The notes: generated by a model not told the origin, from the sequence alone. Shown: positions 14,485-28,406, counted from the stretch's first letter. The stretch is DNA of 64,000 nt from Lama glama (GCA_028534125.1 CM052818.1:18912001-18976000), one strand, 5' to 3'. Numbers and translations are program-made.

Positions 14485-14564
14485 TTAGGTCTGTCCACAT
14501 GAAATTGCCATTATTTGGCCATCTTTGGTGTATATAAACAGCAGTTTCCTGTGGTTCAATTTAA
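14485..14564. mobile_element. MADE2-like mariner MITE inserted in a MIR
   Basis: 80 bp with TIR-like ends ttaggtctgtccacatgaaattgcc / gcagtttcctgtggttcaatttaa, TA on both flanks. Confidence 0.75.
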
Positions 14565-15069
14565 TAGGTTTAAACCAGGTCTGTCTGACTCCAAGGTCAG
14601 TCAATCTTCTTTCCTGTGGAGAGGAAGAACCATCGTGGCTGGTTGAGGTCAAGAGGAGAGAGCTTAGAGCTGCGGCTGCAGGGTAAACCCTGACAGCTCA
14701 TGGCTAATCGTGTAGGGAGAAGTGCATGTGATAATTCTTTTTATTTCTATATCTCCTATAGCCATTTATAACAACCACAGTCCAAACAATCAAAATATTT
14801 GTTTGTATGTTTTCTTCCTTTTCAGTTAAAAACATCCCAAAGGGCTCTATTTTTTTTTTTTTTTGAAGGAAGAAAAGAAAAGGAAAACAGAATGGACAAC
14901 ATAGTTTTTTCCATCAAGATTTTTAATAACATCTCCTTGCTGATCTTATGAATAAGACAGCTCCCCTTTATTTATTTTACAAGATCATATTTTAAGTAAC
15001 AGCAGCTTTTACATGATACTCCTTGCATAATGATTTCAAAAGAAGAAATTGTATTTATGTTTTGGGATA

Positions 15070-15410
15070 GTACTTAATTGCCAGGAACATAAGTAAAGAA
15101 CCCAAGGCAACATTACTATTGAAATCTGAAAGAAAATAGAAAGCTTCCAGTCCCATTACTGCAGTGCAAGGCAAAGTCATAATTAATACATTTTATAAAG
15201 AAGTTATTATCAAAGGGGGTATGTCACCAAGCCCCAGCAGGCCAAATTGTTGAACTAATTTAGCTAATAACCACTTTGCCATAACCATTACAGGCAGAAA
15301 AAAATTGATGAATTAATGTGGGCCACACTGCAGATCCTTCATCGACTCTACAAAGGCATTTTGCACATTGCCTGAGGAAGGATTTTGAACTGATTGTCTA
15401 GAGCAGAATG
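15070..15410 (+). mobile_element. Very ancient RTE-like LINE reverse-transcriptase fossil
   Basis: One frame (from 15095, with stops) gives KEPKATLLLKSERK*KASSPITAVQGKVI...PHCRSFIDSTKAFCTL, resembling the RT motifs NYRPISLL..GK and PL...FID..KAFD at near-canonical spacing. Confidence 0.55.
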
Positions 15411-18231
15411 GGAGAGAGCAAGAACCTAAAATGGAAATCTGCAATTACAGCTCAGAATATCTTTAGGGAAGCTGAACGATTTCAAAGCACAAAGCACGGG
15501 TCAGCCACACTGGATGACAAATGAGAATGGCAAACGATTTCTGACCGCTGGCACCCCTCACAATGCACAGAACGACTTTCATTTTCCCCTGGTCCCTTTC
15601 TCCTCTCTCTTTCCTCCCATCCCTAAAGGCCATCTAGGCTTGGCACTATTCATTTCATCTTCAGATGCATACATCCAGTAAACCTTCCATAAAAAGAGTC
15701 ACTCCCAGGTCTCTCTCCCACCTGGTCACAGGAATGTCTTCTTATCATTATTGGCCCCCAAACATATCTGAATGCAGTTGTGAGCAAGACAAGGTTGGGC
15801 AGCTGCCACCCCTGCCTTCACACTAATCTGGGGCTAAGGGGCCACAGGTTTGGTCCCATGAAGAAAAGTTTACTCTTTCTCCATTGCTGTCAGTCTAATT
15901 CCATTTGTTCTTCCTCCTATTCTTTTAAAGACTTCTAGTCCCAAACAAAGTTCCATCTAGAGAGAAGGGAAAATCTTGACTCATAAACAAAATCTAAACT
16001 CTGATGACCAGAAGTGATTGCACAAAGATTTGGCTGCTAATAGGTGACACATCATAGAGGATAGCTGGATCCAGGATAGCTGATAATTTGCTTAAGGTCT
16101 TTAGGACTTGCATCTTGTAGGAAGCCCTAGTAGTGAGACTCCATGGTACAATGACTATGGACTAAGTTCTGCATTGGGCATTGGAAGATAATGAGTCCTA
16201 ATCCCCTCTCTTTTACTAAATAGCTAAGTGGCCTTAGATAAGCCAGTTTGTTTCTTAGAACTTCCATTTCTGCCCCAGTTAGATGCCTGGGTCAAACTAG
16301 ACTAGTAATTCTCAACCTTTTTTCCCTCAGTGACACATGACACATTCCCACAACAGCGCCATGATCATACCCCAGAATTTGAGGTTACTCCTATGGGATG
16401 GAGCTGTGTTTCTCAGCATTTTTTTAAGCCCATGGTGTCTTATGAAGACAAAAACATAAAGAAAGATAATGTGAGACCCTGCCAACTCTAACATCCTCCA
16501 ATACTAAGCAGAAAAGGTAGATTTTTAATTTATGCACTTGTCTCTATACCTGGGTGTGTCTCAGCCTACCTCCTAGAAAGTATTCAAATATTTGTTGAAC
16601 AGAATTGATTGAGTGGCTTAAATGTCATTGTTTCTTTTAGGTCAGGGAAGGTTTCCTCTTTTTTCTCACCTCTTCACTGCCTTTTATCTCCCTTCTCCTC
16701 CCATCCCTTCCATAGTCCAAGAGGTGCTTGGGCAGTGGGACAGGTGCCGTTTGGCAGAGAACCTACACTCATCACTTTAATCCCTAGCCTGGGAAGCATG
16801 TCTAACCTCCAGGAGATCTGAGCTTTGCTTAGTAAGAGAACCGAATGTCACTTTTCCTTTGCCTTTTCAGCAAGCAGCAAGCAAGAATGTCCTGCAGAGG
16901 GCCAAGGCCAGATAGGCTTACATGGAGCACACTGGAGTCTTTTTGTGCCAATCCTCCCTATATTGTGGAAGATCCAGCAGGAATGTGGCCTGAATTTAAA
17001 CACTCAAGGCCGTGACCATTAACAGTGAACACTTTTGTGGATTCATGCAGCCTCTCCTGCCTTTCCTCTCCCATGGCCTTGAATGATCTGTTGTTTGTGG
17101 ACAATTCGCTTGTTGTGCTCCAGAGAGCAGGCTGATCCTGGCTCTCCTATTGTCTCTTATATGGGCAAACAAAAGCAGTCTTCTTAGGCCAGAGCACGAA
17201 GCTGATAAAAGACTGATTAAAGCCTCTTTTGTGGTGAAATTTAATAGGTCTGGGTTGGGCATTATATTTGATTAACCCCAACCAGTCATTACATGGCACT
17301 GTATATACAGGACAGCTATACCCAACAGCTCCCAGCTGGGAGGAGCCTGTCTTTGAACTCCTCAATGGTGCCGAGACACCACAGGCAGAGCCAGTCGTCA
17401 GCAAGACGGAAGTCAATAAACTTATCTCTGGGGTCTGTGATTTTCCCTTTCAGTGTCTTTCCTTCTCCACCTTCCCTTTAGGTTCACCCTTTCCCAGGCA
17501 CTCAGTGCTCTTACATTATTAGGTTCTTTCCAACAGGCAGGAAGACATCTGATAAACTTATTCACACTGAGTGATTTAATGGGTTACCCTTTCCAAGAGT
17601 AGTTGCAGCTCAAAAAAGGAGCTTGGATTGGGAACTGTTGAACTTGGAGGGGTGATACACTCATGATGGTGTCAGAGCCTGCCTGGTTCCTCAGCTCAGA
17701 TTCTCTTCTCCTCACAGTTGGGCCAGGTGGCTTCTCCCTGCAGGCTCTGCAGGATCAAAAGTTGGCCTCAGTTTGGAGAAATTAAAGAAACTCTAGATGG
17801 ACCCTCAGGTGACGCTCAACCCTTCCCTATCACCTGTCCTGTTTTGCTCAGTGCCCTACCTCAGTGATTGGATATTGATCACATTGGAGCAACCAGTCTC
17901 CTTGCCATTGATATCTGGCCCACCCAGGATCTCAGACCTTCTAAGGATGAGCTCATGCCTTGAGGTTGCCAATTCCATCTCTAAACTCTCTCTAACCATA
18001 TGTTTCCCATCACTGATATGAACCATAAGCTTTCTAGCCATCGTTCTAGATTTCCAACTATTCCTTACTCCCCTGCTCCTTCTCCTTCCATCCTTTATCT
18101 CTTGCTGGACTTCCCTGAGGCTGGCCTGAGTCTGGTCTATGACTTGCCATCCATACAACTCTATTTCCTCCTGCTACCTCAATCCAATGAGAGTGATGTT
18201 CTAGGTCTGAGGTCCACCTCACTTCCCTCTG

Positions 18232-18552
18232 TGGGTGTATCTGGGAGATATTGCAAGTTTGGTTGCAGACCACTGCAGTAAAGTGAAGATCATAATAAAG
18301 TGAGTCATCTGAATTTTTTGGTTACCCAGTATACATAAAAGTTATGTTTACACTGTACTGTAGTTTATAAGCATGCAATAGCATTGTGTCTAAGAAAAAA
18401 AAATGTGTATACCTTAATTGAAATACTTTATTACTGAGAAATGCTAACCATCATCTGACAATGCAGAGTTGCCACAAATCTTCAATTTGTAAAAAAACAC
18501 AGTATCTGTGAGGCACAGTAAAACAAAATGTAACAAAAAAGAGATATGCCTG
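18232..18552. mobile_element. Tigger1-derived internally deleted DNA transposon
   Basis: ggagatattgcaagtttggttgcagaccactgcagtaaag left end and gagatatgcctg-TA right end match the Tigger1 termini. Confidence 0.88.
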
Positions 18553-19694
18553 TAGTTAACTTTTCTCCCCCTTAGTGTCACAATAGTATTGGAGCTAAGT
18601 ATCAGGAATCAATAGCAGGAGGCCAGCCTGGATGATCAGAGAAATTTATCCAATAGGTGAATGAATGAAATACCCTTCAAAATTCCACTCACACACACCA
18701 CCCTCACTGTCAGCATGTTCTCAAGGCTCTGTGTGCGTCTCTCTGTCACAGCACTGACCACACTGCACTTTAATTGTTGGTGTAGTTGTTTATCTGTGCC
18801 CCCTACCAGGCTGCAAATTAGAGAGCAAGGACCACATTTGACTTTGTTAGCTTAACACATAATCAGCTTTTTAAATTATTATTTTTTAATAAGTTGAATG
18901 AATTGAAGAGCCATTAGAAAAGTAAGAACTGCATCCTGAATTGTGGAATGTCCACTATTCACTATGCGAGGCCCTGCCTTGTACCTTCTTAATAGGTAAC
19001 AAAACTTTTAAGCAGCTACTAATATAGCTGCATTTAGTAGGTGCTTGTCTGGTTTCACTTTTTCTTTCCATTTTCAATCTTTCAGAGTGTCTATGTTTTA
19101 GGTTTGAGTCTTGTAAAAAGCATAGAGCTGGGTTTACTTTTATTGTCTGATAGTCTCTGTCTTCTGACTTTACTAAACTAGACTAACTTAAGGAACTAAA
19201 CTAGACCATTTACTTCACTTGAAATGACTGGTTTTTTGAAACTATTGCCTACCATTTTATTTCATATTATTCATCCCACCTTTTAAATTTCCTTTTCTTT
19301 CTCCTGCCTTCTTTAAGATGACTTGATTTTTTAATCCGTTTTTGTTTCTCTAGTTTCTTTTCAATTAAACACATTCTTTTCAGGATGAGAGTCCATCTGT
19401 TTTTGGAATGCAGAAATTTTCTGACTTACTATTGCATAATAGGGCAATGGATCAGGCTTTCCCTGGATGCAAATAGCAAAATATACAAATAATTGATGAT
19501 CTAGCACATGATTTAATCATTTGTTCTTTTTCCTAATAAAACTATAAGCTTGTAATGAAAATAACAGCATGAATGCCAACTATTCTTTAATTTTGAACAT
19601 TTACAAAATAAAAGAATATAAACATAGAACAAAGGTCAAGGTGATAGACAACTGGAGCCATCATATTTTATTTAAAAAACTTAAAATCTTGCCA

Positions 19695-20200
19695 ATCATA
19701 TTAGTTAAATCTTTTTGAATTACAAATGACAGAAGATCCAATCCAAATTGACTTAAGCTTTGGCTCATGTGACTGAAAAATTCTGCTGTAATGCTAGCAC
19801 TGGGGGCGGCTCAGTGCAGGGGCTCACTATGTCACCAGGACTTGGTTTCTCCCTTATTCTGTCTCTCGAGTCAGTTGTCCACCAGGCTGGCTTCAATTTC
19901 AATCACATGCTCCTATAGTCATTAGATGGCTGAAGCAACTCTAGATCATACATTCTCTCAAGTCCCATCTGAGAGAGCCAGATTTTGTTTCCCAAAAGTC
20001 CCAGCAAAAATCTTATCTTTTTCTCCTTGGCTCTGATTGGGTCATTTGACCACATGACCTTATCATCCAAGACAAGTATATTATACTCTTAGCATTGGGA
20101 GAGGCTAAGGAGAGGTCTGGAACTGTATGAATCAAGAATGGGGAAATTTAGATACTGGAAGAGCTAAAATTGGGATTGAGGTAAAATGATGCCAAAAGCA
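19695..20200 (-). mobile_element. Old MaLR LTR (MLT1K-like)
   Basis: ttacaaatgacagaagatccaatccaaattgacttaagc...ttggctcatgtgactgaaaa...ttggctctgattgggtca. Confidence 0.65.
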
Positions 20201-20219
20201 GTATCCACTGAAATCACTA

Positions 20220-20848
20220 CAGTACTTCCCCTTATCCACAGAGGGATATGTTTTAAGACCCCCAGTGGATGCCTGGAACCACAGGTAGTACCAAACCTTG
20301 GATATATGTTTTTTTCCTATACATACATACCTATAATAAAGCTTTTATAAATGAGAACAGCAAGAGATTAACAATAACTAATAATAAAATAGGACAATTA
20401 TAACAATATGCTGTAATAAAAGTTATGTGACTGTTGTCTGTCTCTCAAAATGTCTTATTGTACTGTATTCACCCTTTTGGTGATGATGTGAGATGATAAA
20501 ATGCCTATGTGATGAGATGAAGTGAGGTGAATGAGGTAGGCGTTGTGACATAGCATTAGGCTACTGCTGACCTTCTGATGACATGTCAGATGGAGAATCA
20601 TCTGCTTTGGGTGATCCTGTACCATGGAGCCATGATGATGCTGATGATTGGATGTTAGAAGCAGACAATGCTGATGGTTGGAGATCCCAGGTAGTACAAG
20701 CAGGGCAGTGGGAGACTTCATCATGCCGTACAATTTAAAACTTATGAATTGTTTATTCCTGGAGTTTTTCATTTAATATTTTCAGACCAAAGTTGACCAT
20801 GGGTAACTGAAACCGAGGAAAGTGAAAATCTGGATAAGAGGACTACTG
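20220..20848. mobile_element. MER44 (Tigger7-derived) DNA transposon
   Basis: TIRs cagtacttccccttatcca / tggataagaggactactg, with TA target duplications at 20218-20219 and 20849-20850. Confidence 0.9.
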
Positions 20849-21458
20849 TACTTCATTTTACTCTGCTTCCCCTCACTAGGGTTAAACAGAAGTCAGCTCT
20901 TTTATTATACCTTTTCTTAGGGTCAAAAGATTTCCAGGTGCTGTGTTCTCTGAATTGGGCATTGGCTTTGAGTTACAGCTTTGATATTGAAAGTGTTTGC
21001 AGAGTTTTTACTTCAGTGGTGGGAGTTAGGAGTGGGGATGAGGGAGGAATAATTGAGATGCTCTTAGTTATAGTTACTCCTGTGAAGAACTATTGTTTTC
21101 ATAGGTTCTCCTCATTTCAGTCAGGATACCTGGGTTCTAATTCCAGCTCTCCCTTTAATTTCCTTTGTGACCTGTGTGTCTGACTTTTTGATCTATAAAC
21201 AAGACGGATGAGTTGGAATCAGTAGTTTTTAAACTTTTTTTTTTTTTTTTTTACTTTTGGACTCCTTTTGCTAATGAACTCGTACTTGGATACCCCAGTA
21301 AACATGTGACAGAGAAGATTTTATTAATGTGCAGGCTCTCTCCTTCCTCACTGCCAACCTAACTGAAAAAAAAAAAAACTTTTTCCTATTTATGCTCCCC
21401 AAACTCAACTCTCTGAAGGTTCATTTTTTACCAGAGCAAATCCTGAACTTCTATGATT

Positions 21459-21940
21459 CAGGGCCAAAATTAGAGTGAGGAAAATAAGGTACTTGCTTCT
21501 GTTACAGAATTTAAGGGTGCTCCTAAAACTCAGTAATCAAAATAAATAATATTTTAAAAAATCAAAATTAATGCAAAAAAATCCCTGATGAGCAAAACAT
21601 AAAAACGTTTGAAAAGACAGAATCCAACAGTGCTGAGCCAACTCATACTGCCTGAGGCAAAGGGAAAATTGTGCAACTCTATATTAGTTCTTATGTATTC
21701 ATTTTAATGGTTAATTTTTTTCCCCAGAGCACTAAGAGAGTTGAAAAAATATTGGAAAATTAAAAAGTAAGTGTATTAAAACTCCCTTATTTTAATTTTA
21801 AGTATTTACTTATACCAAAACCAGAATTTTTTATAATTTTACTTTCTTTGCTTTAATGGAAGCAAATTCATCAATGTTTTCATTAAAACCCATTAACAAT
21901 TAAAAATTATATAAGAATATGTATAGGGGTGCAATTTTTA
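21459..21940. mobile_element. hAT DNA transposon (MER96B/MER99-like)
   Basis: cagggccaaaattagagtgagg...aatttaagggtgctcctaaaactcagtaatcaaaataaataatattttaaaaaatcaaaattaatgc. Confidence 0.65.
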
Positions 21941-23929
21941 ACTACTGAAATCCTGTTTTTCTAAATTTGTTTGACATCTCTATGCTTAAATTTGATTCTC
22001 CTTATAAACCTTTAACTTTAACAGTTTTTTAAACTAAATTAATTTAATTTTAATTATTAACTTAATTAAATTAGTATAGTACATTTTTTAAATGGAAAAT
22101 TGAGTTAAAAGGTCACTCAAAAATCTCATAGCCCTAAAATTATTGTTTTGGGTTATTTCCTTCCAGTATTTTTTGTATACCTTTCTTTTATATAATTATT
22201 TTTTTCTTTTATATAATTGTCATTATTACATATAAATAATTTGAGTCTTTTCTTTTTGCACTTACCCATGTTGCTAAATCGCTTTCATAATTACCCCTTA
22301 AAATAACTGCAAAATGTACCAGTGAGTAAATTTCATAAGTTATCTGTTACCCTATTATTAGACATTTGAGTGGTTTCCAAGTTGCATTGCTATAAATAGT
22401 TATGTTGCTTTATGCATATTGCCTTTTCCATATTTTTTTCTTTAAGATGGAATTTATGAGCATTTATAAAATACAATTGAATAGACTTTTAATAAAAAAT
22501 GTTGGTCTGAGCTAATGCCAGAAGTCGCTCTTCTCCAGCCCACACAGGAGAAATGCTAGTCAATTGTGTAGCCAACTCTGAAAGCAAGAAAGGGAAGTCT
22601 CCAAAGACCAGAAATAAAGGAGGAGCCCACAGCAATGGGAAGGATCCTCAAGAATGATGAGGTTGAGGATGTGGGTTAAGAGTTGAACACAGGCTGTTTG
22701 GATTTGAACTGCAGACTCTGTCTGCAGTGCGGAGGGCAATAATGTAGTTCCCTGTTAGGAAAACCTTCACTCCAGTTCAGAAGTGTTTCCCAAGTGTTAG
22801 AGATAAGTTGAAGAAAAAAGTAAAATCATGACTCTCATGCAGATATAAAGGTCATTTGGTAGAAGGGCTTGGTCTGGAAAGAGCAAGGGAGTTTCCTGGA
22901 TAGAGGATCAGAGCACTAAATGGGTCACCAAAGACAACATACTTTTAAAAAGATTTGTACTTTTCAATATGTCAAATACACATTAAATATTTAGAAATAC
23001 ATACTTTTTAATATCAAGCTATAAAAATGTATACCGTAATATAACTGGGGTCACCCTGCCCTTTAGAGCTGCACATGATTGACTCATTTCTCAATTTGTT
23101 TAAAGTTCAGTGTCTTCCTCAAATTTTCTGCAAAAGTCCCAAGGGCAAGTTCCTAGTCAGTTTTGGTCCTCATCTCCTGCTTCTGCAGAATGAATTGTCT
23201 GGGGATCATTTTGCCTCCCCATGCATGACTGTATAGACCCAGACTTGGAACCAGCCCCTCTCCCTGAGTCCTGTCACCCTACGCCCCCACTACCACTCAC
23301 CACTGAACCAAACAAGGCCATTCTGTGCATGGCAGACTTTAGCAAAGGTTTTGGGGTGGTGAGGAGGTTATATTGCAGCAGTTTACAAAACTTAGGGTAA
23401 AAAAATATCATCCCTGTTTTGAAAAGTTCTTCACTGCTCTGGCACATGACTCAGTCCTCTCCTTTCTCTACTCTCTGACATCCAAATTCCCATTAATTTT
23501 TCATGCCCACAGAGGCTTAGATACTTTTTTGCCACAAAAGACCTCCCGGAAGCAGTCCTGCTCTTTGATCCAGGGGCCTCAGCTCTGGGCACTGTGCTTT
23601 AGAGGAGCCTGCGCCAGACCTCTACTCTGAGGCACTCACTTGGCCAGGGATTTCATGTATACCCAGAGTTTGTCCTCCTTCCTACCTTCTAGATGAGATA
23701 GTAAGTATTTTAGGCTTTCTGGCCATGTGGTCTCTAGGTCAGCTGTGGGCAGGAGTGTGTTCAGAGGTTGGTTGGGAAGGCAGGGGTGTCCTCACTTGTG
23801 TGCCAGAAGCTCCCTCCATGGGGGATGGAATTGAGTTAGGAAGAAAGGCCAGGAGTGGAAGTGGCTCAGGAGCCAGGGCTGGGGCCCAGCCTCTCCCGAG
23901 GATGCCACGTTCGGCTTCAGAGGTCTGAG

Positions 23930-24110
23930 GAGTCCATAAAGTCTGAATTCAAACCTGGCCTTCCAGGTCATTAAGAAGGACTATTTGTCAAGTTCAGAGA
24001 GCAGAATACTTTTTTTCAATAGTTTGCTAACTTGATTTATGAACTTAAACCTTTAGACACATAGTATATGGTTCTCCTTTGCCATTTTACCCAGCCCCTC
24101 ATACTTATGT
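23930..24110. mobile_element. hAT-Tip100 fragment (MER115/Zaphod-like)
   Basis: ttcaaacctggccttccaggtcatta...atagtttgctaacttgatttat...tttagacacatagtatatgg. Confidence 0.6.
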
Positions 24111-25769
24111 CAAGGGATTTTCCTAAGTAAAAATTTGGTTCTATCTTGAAGGAGATCCTGATTTAAAAAAATTTTTTTTTTCATTCTGCTACAATGGTGT
24201 ATTTCTTTTACAGATCTAAACATTCAAAGTCAATACCAGATGAGAAGCTAGTATGATTTGATGTTAAATCCTGAGTTTGGGCAAGAACTTCTTACATTCC
24301 TCCAAGTTTAGGATTGGTCTAGTGACCAGGAAGGGCTAAATCATCTGGTGGGGGGTGGTCCTGAGGCTTACAGTAGGGAAGAATGCTTCAAGGTTAGAAA
24401 CCAGGCAGGGACCGACAGACCCAAACTGCCACAAGTGTCATTTGGTTTAGAAACCAAATTTCCCAGTAGCTAGGACTGCTAAGCATGGAACTATCAGGGT
24501 TTGTGCTTGCCCCAAGAACAAACACCATGAGAGAAAGTCACAGTGGGGATAATGAGCGTCATGTCAGCTCAGAGCTGTTAGGATAGGAGACTGGAAAAGG
24601 GACACTACAGCTGGTTGGGAGGGCTTCTCCCTCGTGTTTCTCTTGACCATCTGTTCAGAGCTGAGCCATCGGCTTCCCATTGGAAAGGTCAGAATGGGTG
24701 TGTGGGTAAAGCTTAATGTTGGCTCCACATGCCGCAGTAGATGCAGCTGCTCTTGGCTTGGTCACGCTTGGGTTTGCACCCAGGACCCTCAAAAGCTCTG
24801 CACATTATGGTAATTAGCCATCTGCTGCAGCTTTTGCAGCACTGGCTGATCACAAAAGGAAGCCAGGAGGCTCTCTAACAACAGCAGAAATGGAAGTGTG
24901 AGGAGGTGCCTCTGGCCACTGGGCCCCTTCCCACTCCTCTGCTGGACATGAAGCCTGAGGGAACTGGCCCAGCATTCAGCACAACCCCTCATCTCCCAGG
25001 ACCCCAAGGTAAACAAACAAGGGGTCTCCCCGCTGGATGCACGGCTGTCACCCATTCAGAGAGAGGAGCTGGACAGGGAACACAAGTCTGCTAAGACAAT
25101 GACATTCTCTGTGTCAGTAGGGAGACAGACACACCATTTGTTTGAGAAGTGACTTTCCATTGGGGACTAGGTGACTAGAAATAGCATGATTGGCAATTTT
25201 TGATTATCAGTTTTTACTGAAACTCTAAAAATTTTACTTAGGTATCTAAGTTTAGATTAGTCTCTGATAAGTAGAAGCTACTGAAATCCTAAAATTATTT
25301 ATGGTATATACATATGGCAATAAATACACAGCTACATATGTAAGCAGTGATATCCAGATCTATAAATACCTGTTGGCAGAAATCTTGTCATATATAAACA
25401 ACCTTTGAAGGATGGGACTTTCATTTTATATATGTGGGTATATAGATGTATAAACTGTAAAATAGCTTCTAGGATACATATGTATGTATTTATACATATC
25501 TATGCAGTATATATATTTTCAGGGTTTTTTGAACTTCAAATATGCAAAGATGTACACAAATATAGAGCTACACCCACATGGGGTGGGGGATAGCATCTAG
25601 AGCCCAGGATTTGGGAACTGATTCAAGTCCCAGTTCTGCCACTCCACACATACATGGTCATACTTATGGGAAGATTGTATTCATTACGGTAGAAAAAGTG
25701 GACTAAAACAACCCTCAAACCTTATTGACATTGGCTGGACTTAACTCTCCTGGAGAGAATTAGAATTAT

Positions 25770-26560
25770 GGGTGTGGTGTGCTAGGAACTTGCAGGGAGG
25801 TAGCAAGAGGCCAGAGCCCTGAGCTAGCAGTTGAAGGCATACAGTGGTGAAATGAGGTTATACTCATAGTTATAAGGGCAAGTCCAGAGGTGTGTGTGAG
25901 TTTGCTGGGGCACAGAGAGAGAAGAGCCTAACTAACCCTTGATCTGATCTTGAAGGATGCACAAATGATCACAGGGATGAGGGAAAGCATTTCAAGATTT
26001 AGAAATAGTATCTCCAACGGCATGAAAATGCAAGGTGTGTCCTGGTAATGGTGAGACACTTGGGATGGCCAGAGCTTAGGGTGATAGAAATGAGATCAGA
26101 ATGCGTGGTAGGAGTTGGATGGAGAAGGGCTGATGAGTGGCCCTAACGAGCAAGAGATGACTTATCCTGCAGCTGCTGGGGAGCCCCAAAGGTTTTAAGC
26201 AGGGGAGTTATGAAATCAGACATAGGTTTGAGAGAGGTCAGTCTGACAGCCAAGAGGGGTCAGGCTGGAAGGGAAGGGCTGGAAGGAAGTTACTACAGGA
26301 TGCCAAGCAGGAGATGACGTTGAATGAGGCAGTAGAAATGGGGAAAAGGAGGTGAAGTGAATTCAGGAGCTTGTGGGGGTAGAATTGGTAGGACTTTGAG
26401 GCATGAGAGAGAAGGAAGAAACAGATGACTCGGATTTCTAGCTTGATTAGTTAGGGAGAATTTTATGCTCCTGATGGAGACAGAAAATGTGGGAGGAGAG
26501 ATGGTTATAACTGGTTAGAGAGTCCTGTTTTGGATATATTGCTTTGAGTTGACTGGATAA
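25770..26560 (-). mobile_element. L2 LINE fragment
   Basis: tggggagccccaaaggttttaagcaggggagttatgaaatcaga...agatgactcggatttctagcttg. Confidence 0.75.
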
Positions 26561-26689
26561 ATACCTCCAGAGTGAAGTAAAAGGAATTTATACACATATA
26601 TACGCACAAATACAAGGCCCCTACTAAGAATAACTGGAAGGAAGTATTAGAAACCCCTACCAGGAAAACACCAACAAACCCTCATATGA

Positions 26690-27005
26690 TACAGGCCCTG
26701 GTCCCCCTCAGACCTCTCTCCTGTGCCTCCCTAGCAGCTTTCTCTGCTCCAGCCACATTGGCTTCCTTGCTGTCTTGTGAACATGCCAAGAGCCCTCCTC
26801 TTTGGGCCTAGCTTTAGCTGTTCTGCCTCATTCTTCTGTTTTCTCATTTTGTGTATGTATTATGTGTTGCTCATTTGCCTGTAAGAACATACACTCCACA
26901 GAGGCAGGGATCCTTGTTCATTTTGTTCACTGATATATTTCAAGCACCTAGAACCATGCTGGGCACATAGTAAGCTTTCAATAAATATTTGTTGAATGAA
27001 TGAAT
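26690..27005 (+). mobile_element. L2a 3' end
   Basis: gcacctagaaccatgctgggcacatagtaagctttcaataaatatttgttgaatgaatgaat terminus. Confidence 0.9.
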
Positions 27006-27344
27006 TTTAAAGTGAGTCCACTTAAAATGAGGATCAAATTTGATTACAAATTTATCTTTAAAAAGAGAAATAAAAATTGAGTATTTTTAATGTATATTTG
27101 ACAAAATATGGTTTATAATTACAGCCATTGTAATTCTTAGAGAAAAGAATGAGCCAAGTGTTTCATACCTGAGAGGCTGTATAATTTTTCTGACAAAATT
27201 CTTTGATAGTATAATGTAACTTAGACCAATTCCTATTTGACTTTTTGACTTTTGTGGTACGATCATACAAAAGGGTTATGCTTTGCAGAAATATTTGAGA
27301 CTTTATCAGTTTTTCCCAAGTACTTCTCTTAGTATAGAATAAGT

Positions 27345-27695
27345 AAATAAATAAATAAATTTAAATTGAGATATAATGTATATATATTGAAATGCTCAAA
27401 TCTTAAATGTACTATTCAATTAGTTTTAGGAATTTATATCAAAATGTAACATTTCCCTCTCCCCAGAAAGCTTCTCATATGCCTTCTCTGTCAGCACCCC
27501 TCTGCAAGCAATCACTTGTTTGATATCTATCACCATCGGATAGTTTTTCCTGTTCTAGAATTGCAAATAAATGGATTCATACAGTATATAGTTTTTGTGT
27601 GTCAGGCTTCTTTCACTGAGCATAATGTATTTTGGGATCCATCCATGTTGCTACGTGTATCTGCAGCTCATTTCTTTTTGTTCCTCAGTAGTGTT
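27345..27695 (-). mobile_element. L1M 3' end fragment
   Basis: tttaaattgagatataat...tttcctgttctagaattgcaaataaatggattcatacagtat...cttctttcactgagcataatg. Confidence 0.8.
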
Positions 27696-28136
27696 CCAAG
27701 GATTTCTCTTACATTTTGAAGGGCTCATCTATTATCATCTTTGTGGATTTTCTCAATTGACACTTGCTCTAACTCTGACAATGGCTTTGCATGTGGTTCA
27801 AGTAGTACTTTTTCACTTTCATTTGAAGTTCTGTATTTCTGTAAGACTTGCCACTTTACTTTGCACTTAGTTTCTGTTATATTTGCAATGTATTATCACA
27901 TATATAACCAACAATGCATGAGAAACTGACCAAAGAAGATTTTGGCAAAAAAAGAGTATTTAGTTAGACATTAACAGTGAAAAAGGAAGAATGCTGGAAG
28001 TAGAGATTAATTTTATATGTGCTCAGTTTACTAGTGAATATTTTCATGTTTTGATCACTTTTGCTTCACAAAGTAAACATGTAAATATAGGGACCGGAAT
28101 AATGAACACTCTTATACTGAGGACCCTCTTTCCCTA

Positions 28137-28178
28137 TGTGTGTGTGTGTGTGTGTGTGTGCGCGTGCGCATGTGTGCA
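28137..28178. repeat. (TG)n microsatellite with TG/CG tail
   Basis: Seen directly. Confidence 0.95.
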
Positions 28179-28327
28179 TGCATATACATGCACAACACTT
28201 ACAAGTCCATGCCTGGGAATTGCAAAATCACTTGTGCATACACATTGACTAGCTTGCTGTTATTGTCTGTTTGAGACTATAAACCTGAACAAGGCCAGTG
28301 TTAACTATTTGATTCATAGATGTCCAT

Positions 28328-28406
28328 TTGATTCAATTGTATGAAATTGCCAATATTTGAACATTTCTGAACTCTAAAACCAGCAATTTCATGGGATTCA
28401 GCTTTA
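28328..28406. mobile_element. MADE2-like MITE
   Basis: tatgaaattgcc...cagcaatttcatg inverted core, about 80 bp. Confidence 0.6.

Noticed and set aside
22030..22075. AT-only quasi-palindrome
   Set aside because: Imperfect low-complexity sequence next to an L1 tail; expected by chance.
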